From Octopus sinensis (lineage: Eukaryota), in the NCBI RefSeq assembly GCF_006345805.1, contig NC_042997.1, positions 53,072,001 to 53,136,000 of the forward strand: a stretch of 64,000 nt of DNA, written 5' to 3'. Both the position numbers and the translations under genes were made by a program. Position 1 is the stretch's first letter, and the number at the start of each line of letters is the position of its first letter. The notes under the pieces were generated by a model that was not told where the DNA came from, did no database searches, and was given only the letters and a program-made list of their open reading frames with translations. Shown here in pieces: positions 57,969 through 64,000 of this stretch.

Positions 57969-58299
57969 TTAAACTGCTTCAACAGTAAATTTGATGTGAT
58001 GTGTTCTCCATTTACAAAAAATGTGGTTCATAAAAACCTGTTTTGAATCAGCTAAAAGTTTAATTGTGGAATTGCTGTTTTATATAATAGAGAGGTGAAT
58101 TAGAAACTTCTATTCACTGGTTTGGCTCCTTTTGTATTTCAATGTTCAATTCCTGATGGATTTATTTTCTGAATTTCAGTTATCTGATGATGGTCCAATA
58201 AAATAACTACAAGTGATACTGTAATTCTTGAAAGTACTAATGTATGCCTTTATATGCACACACAAGGGTGTGTGTGTATAATATTTGTAAACAAATATT

Positions 58300-58826
58300 A
58301 TATAGATATATTTGTAAACAAACCCAAAGGCTTTGTAAGTTATGGAGATAGAGTGACTAAGGAAGTCTCTTAGTAGAATAATAACTATATAATAATATAT
58401 CATAATAATGATATACTCCAATTTAAAGCGACATTTTTTTAATATACACAATTGACTGAAAAATGACGAGCTAACCCAGGCCAGAATTGAACCCACATAG
58501 CTCCGTGCACATCCAATTGGGCCAAATGCTCACCCATCAATTTCAGCCAAATTTTATAAATATATACTTTAGACTTCCATAAGTCGCTCTATCTCCATAA
58601 CTTAAAAAGCCTTTGGGTTTGTTTACAAATACTATATGTAGTATTGGACAGTTAAAGTATATATTCATAAAATTTGGCTGAAATTGATGGGTGAGTGTTT
58701 GGCACAATTGGATGTGCATGGAACCGTGTTAGCATTGATATATGGGTTTGATTCTGGCCTGGGTTAGCTCATCATTTTTCAGTCAATTGGTTATAGAAAA
58801 AAAATGTAGCTTTAAATTGGAGTATA

Positions 58827-58871
<45 letters not shown>

Positions 58872-59103
58872 AATAAGAAACTTCCATAGTCACTCTATTT
58901 CTGTAACTTACAAAGCCTTTGGGTTTGTTTATAAATACTATATGTAGTATTTGACAGTTAAAGTATATATGCATAAAATTTGGTTGAAATTTATGGGTGA
59001 GTGTTTGGCCCAATTGGATGTGCATGGAGTTGTGTTAGTGTTGATATGTGGGTTTGATTCCAGCCTTGGTTAGCTCATCATTTTTCAGTAAATTGTTTAT
59101 ATA
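58300..59103. repeat. ~310-bp tRNA-like-headed repeat: one inverted plus two tandem copies
   Basis: Inverted copy ~58300-58570; direct copies ~58571-58878 and ~58879-59103, the latter resuming at ~59760 after the LINE. Confidence 0.8.
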
Positions 59104-59762
59104 ACCATGATGGTCCTCTGGAGGACACTTGTCCTAAGCCACTTTGACTATTGCTCTCAGCTATGGTCACCATCCAGTGTCAAGTTAATCACAGAACTTG
59201 AGGCAATCCAACGAAGCTACACGAAGAAGATAGCCTCTGTGCAGCATATAAGCTATTGGGAAAGACTCAAGAGATTGAGACTCTATTCTTTAGAGCGTAG
59301 GTGAGAAAGATATGCCATAATATACATCTGGAAGATCCTAGAAGGACTTGTCCCAAACTTTGGCATCGAGAGTTACACAAATGCCAGAACTGGGCGCCAC
59401 TGCATAGTGCCAAGGACTCCAAATTTGCCATCAAGATGTAGGACAAGATACTGTGATAGCCTGGGCTTCCGAGGCCCACAGCTCTTCAATATCCTCCCGA
59501 AGAACCTAAGAGACCTGCATGGGGTGGATGCAGATGTCTTTAAAATGAAACTGGATCTCTTCTTGTCAGGTGTCCCAGATGAACCAACTTCACGGCAGGA
59601 GGTGCAGATGAGGGCAGCTGCATCGAACTCTCTCTTGCACCAGATGGCATTTGCTAAAAAGCATTCGTGAAGTAAAATCATGTAGCAACACCAAATGGCG
59701 GAGCCACAGCTTGTGAGCTGAAACTAAATAAAATAAAATAAAAAATAAATAAAATAAAAAAA
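59104..59762 (+). mobile_element. CR1-like LINE 3' fragment
   Basis: LVLSHFDYCSQLWSP..LEAIQRSYTK..YWERLKRLRLYSLERR*ERY..WKILEGLVPN..FKMKLDLFL..VPDEP; single in-frame TGA; (AAAAT)n tail. Confidence 0.88.
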
Positions 59763-60167
59763 TGTCACTTTAAATCGGACTATATATATTATTATATAGT
59801 TGTTATTGTGTGTGTATGACCTTCACCTATACATACACTATAATAAAAAAGATGTAAACTAATTTTGGATAGTATTGAGAAAAATTAAAATAAATAAGTG
59901 AAAACATCATAAAAGAAAACTGAAACTGGTTGTATTGTGATATAAACACATCTTAAAATTGTATCACAGTGGTTTAAGAGAAAGATAGAAATAAAGAACT
60001 GGAACTCTTCAGTTTTCAAATATATATTACAAACTAAATGGTGTCAAGAGGTAAGTTACTATAAGTAATAATCACCAGAAAATTAAGAGTACAAATAGTT
60101 AAATGTTATAGTGTAGATGTAAGAGTAACAGAAAATAAAGTGGACCAAAAATGAAAAAAAAATATAT

Positions 60168-60535
60168 GGAGTGGCTGTGTGGTAAGTAGCTTGCTAACCA
60201 ACCACATGGTTCCGGGTTCAGTCCCACTGCGTGGCATCTTGGGCAAGTGTCTTCTGATATAGCCCCGGGCCGACCAATGCCTTCTGAGTGGATTTGGTAG
60301 ACGGAAACTGAAAGAAGCCCGTTGTGTATGTATGTGTGTGTCTGTGTTTGTCCCCCTAGCATTGCTTGACAACCAATGCTGGTGTGTTTACGTCCCCATC
60401 ACTTAGCGGTTCGGCAAAAGAGACCGATAGAATAAGTACTGGGCTTACAAAGAATAAGTCCCGGGGTCGATTTGCTCGACTAAAGGCGGTGCTCCAGCAT
60501 GGCCACAGTCAAATGACTGAAACAAGTAAAAGAGT
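60168..60535 (+). mobile_element. tRNA-derived SINE family B, full-length (partial copy follows at ~60735-60962)
   Basis: Highly similar to 34780-35194. Confidence 0.9.
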
Positions 60536-61369
60536 AACTGGATACATTTACACATACACACACTCTCACAAAGGACTGAGGTGACAGGTGATTCACTGTG
60601 CCTGAGAAGACCTGTCCATCTCAGGAAAGAAATGTTTATGCTTATGTCCATCCTCCACACCCAATCTTTGCCTGTCAAGCTTTCCTCTACTCATTACACT
60701 AGAATGTATGCACACACTTGCATGCATTTGTATATATAGCCTCAGGCCAACCAAAGCCTTGTAAGTGGATTTGGTAGACAGAAACTGAAAGAAGCCCATC
60801 ATGTGTATCCCCTCTGCTATCGCTTGAGAACTGGTGCTGGTGTGTTTATGTCCCTGTAACTTGGCAGTTTGGCCGTGGGGTCGATTTCTTTGACTAAAAC
60901 TCTCTTAGGCAGTGCTCCAGCAGGGTCACAGTCAAATGACTGAAACAAGTAAAAGCGTAAAAGAATATATATATTATCATTTAGTGACCATATTCCAATG
61001 AGGAAGATTAGGAAATGACTGTCCATGTCCAGTGCCGAAAAAGGTGGTTTGAAGAGCAGCAGATCAGTAAAAATGATACAGTAGATAGGGGAAGGGTAAG
61101 AGAGATAAATGACATGTGGTTGGGTATGTTGCACAGAGATTGGGAGATGTATGGTGGTGGAGGAAACATAATTTGGTGGCTTGAGGTTAATCAATGTAAA
61201 ATGTCAGTGGAGAGGACAGTATTAAAGATAGATATCAAGTGAAATGGTTATGGATAGTAAATTGTATCAAGGAAAAGGTGATATTAGAGAGATAATGGGT
61301 GGCTGTAGTGTCTTGAGGAAATTGGGTGAAGAGCCTGTGTGTGAATATGTATACACACGCAGTGCTTCC

Positions 61370-61670
61370 AGAACTCAGTTTTGTCAAGTTAGGCAGATCT
61401 CAAGGACTGCACTTTGTTAGTCATCCTGTCCTTTGTCATCTCCTCTATGAGGTTCAAGGTCCTGAGATTCAGCCTTCACTACTTCATCCTATGTCTTCCT
61501 GGGTCTCCCTCTATTACAAGCTCATCAACATTAAGTGAACAGCACTTCTTTATAGAGCTATCTTCATAGCAGTGCAGCCTTCCTTCTTGCACATTACTTC
61601 TAATTCCACTTACACCCTGTTTTTTCTTTTCTCCCAGCACATTTGTACTAGGTCGTTCATCACACACCAA
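61370..61670 (-). mobile_element. Degenerate RTE-LINE ORF C-terminal fragment
   Basis: GIRSNVQEGRL..IKKC..L.V..G.PGR motif remnants. Confidence 0.5.
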
Positions 61671-62642
61671 TACATGAATAAGTATACCTTCAGCGTGTAA
61701 ATGAATGTGTTGTGAGAACCATGTAGTCCATGCACAAATAGAATAAGTAGTAATGATTTCAATGACAGATTTATCTGGTAAGCATTCATTGGGCTTAGTA
61801 CTTAATCACCTCTTTATCATAATCGAAGTGTTTAAAGCTAGTTGATCACTGGAACTCCTGTATACTGATGATCTAGTTCACAGCTGAATCTATTACAGAA
61901 TTACAGGAAGATCTTATAAATGTCAAGATAAAGTCTAGAATTAAAAGACCTTGAAGTAAACCTAGCCAATACAAAATTTCAAATTAGCAAACAAACCAGG
62001 AAGACATTGCTGTCATCTGGCAGCTGGCTATACTCAGTATACAGGAAAATTGGCAGTTAGATCGCCAAGGAAATAAATTCATTTAAATGTTCAGATTGTT
62101 CCCTATAAGTAACTGATAACTTTGATTATCTAGGTAGTCTGATAAACTGGATGTTGATGTTCTGAAAGCATAGAACCAAAGGAAAAAATGAGGTAGGAAA
62201 AGTTCAATGTCCTCTTAATTTTATTGGTAATAAAAGGATTTTTCTGTCTAATTGAAGAGCAGATTATATGATATTTGTAGCTAATGTTACAAGACAGTCA
62301 AAAATGGTGACTGAATCTGGAAGATGTAATGATCATCAACTTGATCTTGAGCATAACCACTTTCTTATTGTAGATATGCCTGTAACTGGTTCGTTAGCTT
62401 TCTATTAACAAGTTCTATTTCATTATCTACAATGATAAAAAAATAATACAACTGATAGAAGAGCGAGTTATGGTGGGATGAGCAATAAGGAGATGAAAGC
62501 AAGTAGCAGATGTAGACAGAGACATATTAGTCATGGGACCCATGATAGGGATATATTAATCATGGGACCAAAAGGTGTGCATGCATATACACATACATAT
62601 GCAAGTTATGAGAAGTATTTAAGGAAATATGTGGTAATTTAA

Positions 62643-62855
62643 AGGTAGTGAGCTGGCAGAAACATTAGCATGCCAGGCAAAATGGCTTAGCAGTATTTTG
62701 TCTGTCTTTACATTCTGAGTTCAAATTCCTCTAAGGTTGACTTTGTCTTTCATCCTTTCGGGGTCGATAAATTAAGTAGTAGTTGCATACTGGGGTCGAT
62801 CTAATTGACTGGCCCCCCCTCCAAATATTTTGGGCCTTGTGCCCAGAGTAGAAAA
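62643..62855 (+). mobile_element. SINE family A with 18-bp TSD (one mismatch)
   Basis: aaatatgtggtaatttaa (62625-62642) and aaatatgcggtaatttaa (62856-62873). Confidence 0.88.
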
Positions 62856-63039
62856 AAATATGCGGTAATTTAATGAACCAACTCTAATCCAGCAAAAACT
62901 AAATGTATTTCAATAAAAATTTGTGCACAATCATGGTGGTTCTACAGCATCACTGCAGCCACGTGGCTGAAATGAATAAAAAAATAAAAGGATACATGCT
63001 CTCAAGAAGCTTTCTTATAATCTTATTTTATGAACCCAC

Positions 63040-63215
63040 ATTCAGCTTTGATGGCTGCTTCAGAGCAGGATCAGAATAATTGATATACCTCCTCTAAACG
63101 GCCTGTATTCATTTCAGACATTACCTTGACAATAGCGACTTTCAGTGAAGCTATGGTATTGTGAGGATGTTGATTGGTCCCCCATTCAACAACACCCCAA
63201 AGAAAGTAGACCATG
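63040..63215 (-). mobile_element. Tc1/maT-like transposase C-terminal fragment
   Basis: YFLWGVVE..TN..PHNTIASLKVAI; analogous to the C-terminus of the 25.4-26.2 kb element. Confidence 0.6.
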
Positions 63216-64000
63216 ATATTATTATATATATATATATATATCGCTTTTTCTCTGTCAATCATTCACACATTCAATCACTACAAAAAGTGAATAAAAAATT
63301 TCAGTTATCTCTCTCTCTCACACACACATACCACAAGCACACACTGCAGCAACATTACTCTCCCTGTCTCTTCACACACACTAATAAAAGCACTTCACAT
63401 ACACACCACACTTAGTGTCTCGCACACCCCATCAAACACACACTCTCTCTCTCTCTCTCTCTCTCTCTCACGTATGCACACCCATTCTTCCGATTCACAC
63501 CAACTTCAAAAGAACTTCCCTCATACAATCGCACTCTCTCTGTCTCTTTCGCTTTCACGCCGACTTCAAAAAAATCCCCTTTTCCCACAACCCCATATGT
63601 GGTTTGTAAGTGACAGTCGTGTGACTAGTATCGTAAGATCGCCCTTAAGTCTAAAGAAAGTGGATATTAATTATTGATTTGGACACCAAATAGTTAAAAA
63701 AAATCCTCGGAATCCATATTAATCGGGAAATGTATTACTTTTGTATTTCTTTTGTAAATTTAAACACAAAGATAATGTACATTATTGTTGCATATATGAT
63801 CACAGAACAGTTTAAATATAGTATGATTCCATACATATAGAATTCCGAGCTTTATTACATAATTTGATCTGCATTTATATACCAGTTTAGAACAGAATTG
63901 GTGAAATTTAAGAAATAATCAAGAATCCTGATCTTGACGTTTTTTTTTTATATTTTTAATACATTGCTTTTGTTACGTAATTTTCAAAATAATCCAGAAT

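Overview
AT-rich, microsatellite- and retroposon-dense eukaryotic genomic DNA. The SINE/RTE repertoire resembles that of octopus (coleoid cephalopod); the organism is inferred, not shown. The window holds one real host gene on the + strand: a ZNRF3/RNF43-family PA-domain/transmembrane/RING-H2 E3 ubiquitin ligase (Frizzled/Wnt antagonist family). I reconstructed it by hand as 9 GT-AG coding exons (37080-37199, 39137-39211, 41208-41378, 44182-44253, 44745-44768, 49356-49526, 50265-50367, 51195-53309, 53957-54018; 2913 nt, 970 aa plus stop). It is 5'-incomplete: no signal-peptide exon was found, so the first ~37 kb is probably intron. The rest is repeats: three or four tRNA-derived SINE families (several copies with clear TSDs), RTE, CR1-like and R4/Dong-like LINE fragments, a TA-flanked mariner, DD37D (maT) and Tigger remnants, Helitron pieces, TTAA-flanked piggyBac-type MITEs and many microsatellites. 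The most unusual signal is a recurring architecture of a tRNA-like Pol III head followed by a minimal Penelope-type hammerhead-ribozyme motif (a 470-bp palindrome at 21.9-22.4 kb and an unrelated element at 3.3-3.6 kb), plus a hammerhead-like hairpin fused to a U2 snRNA 5' fragment at 49.0-49.1 kb. Most short ORFs in the supplied track are microsatellite or repeat artefacts.
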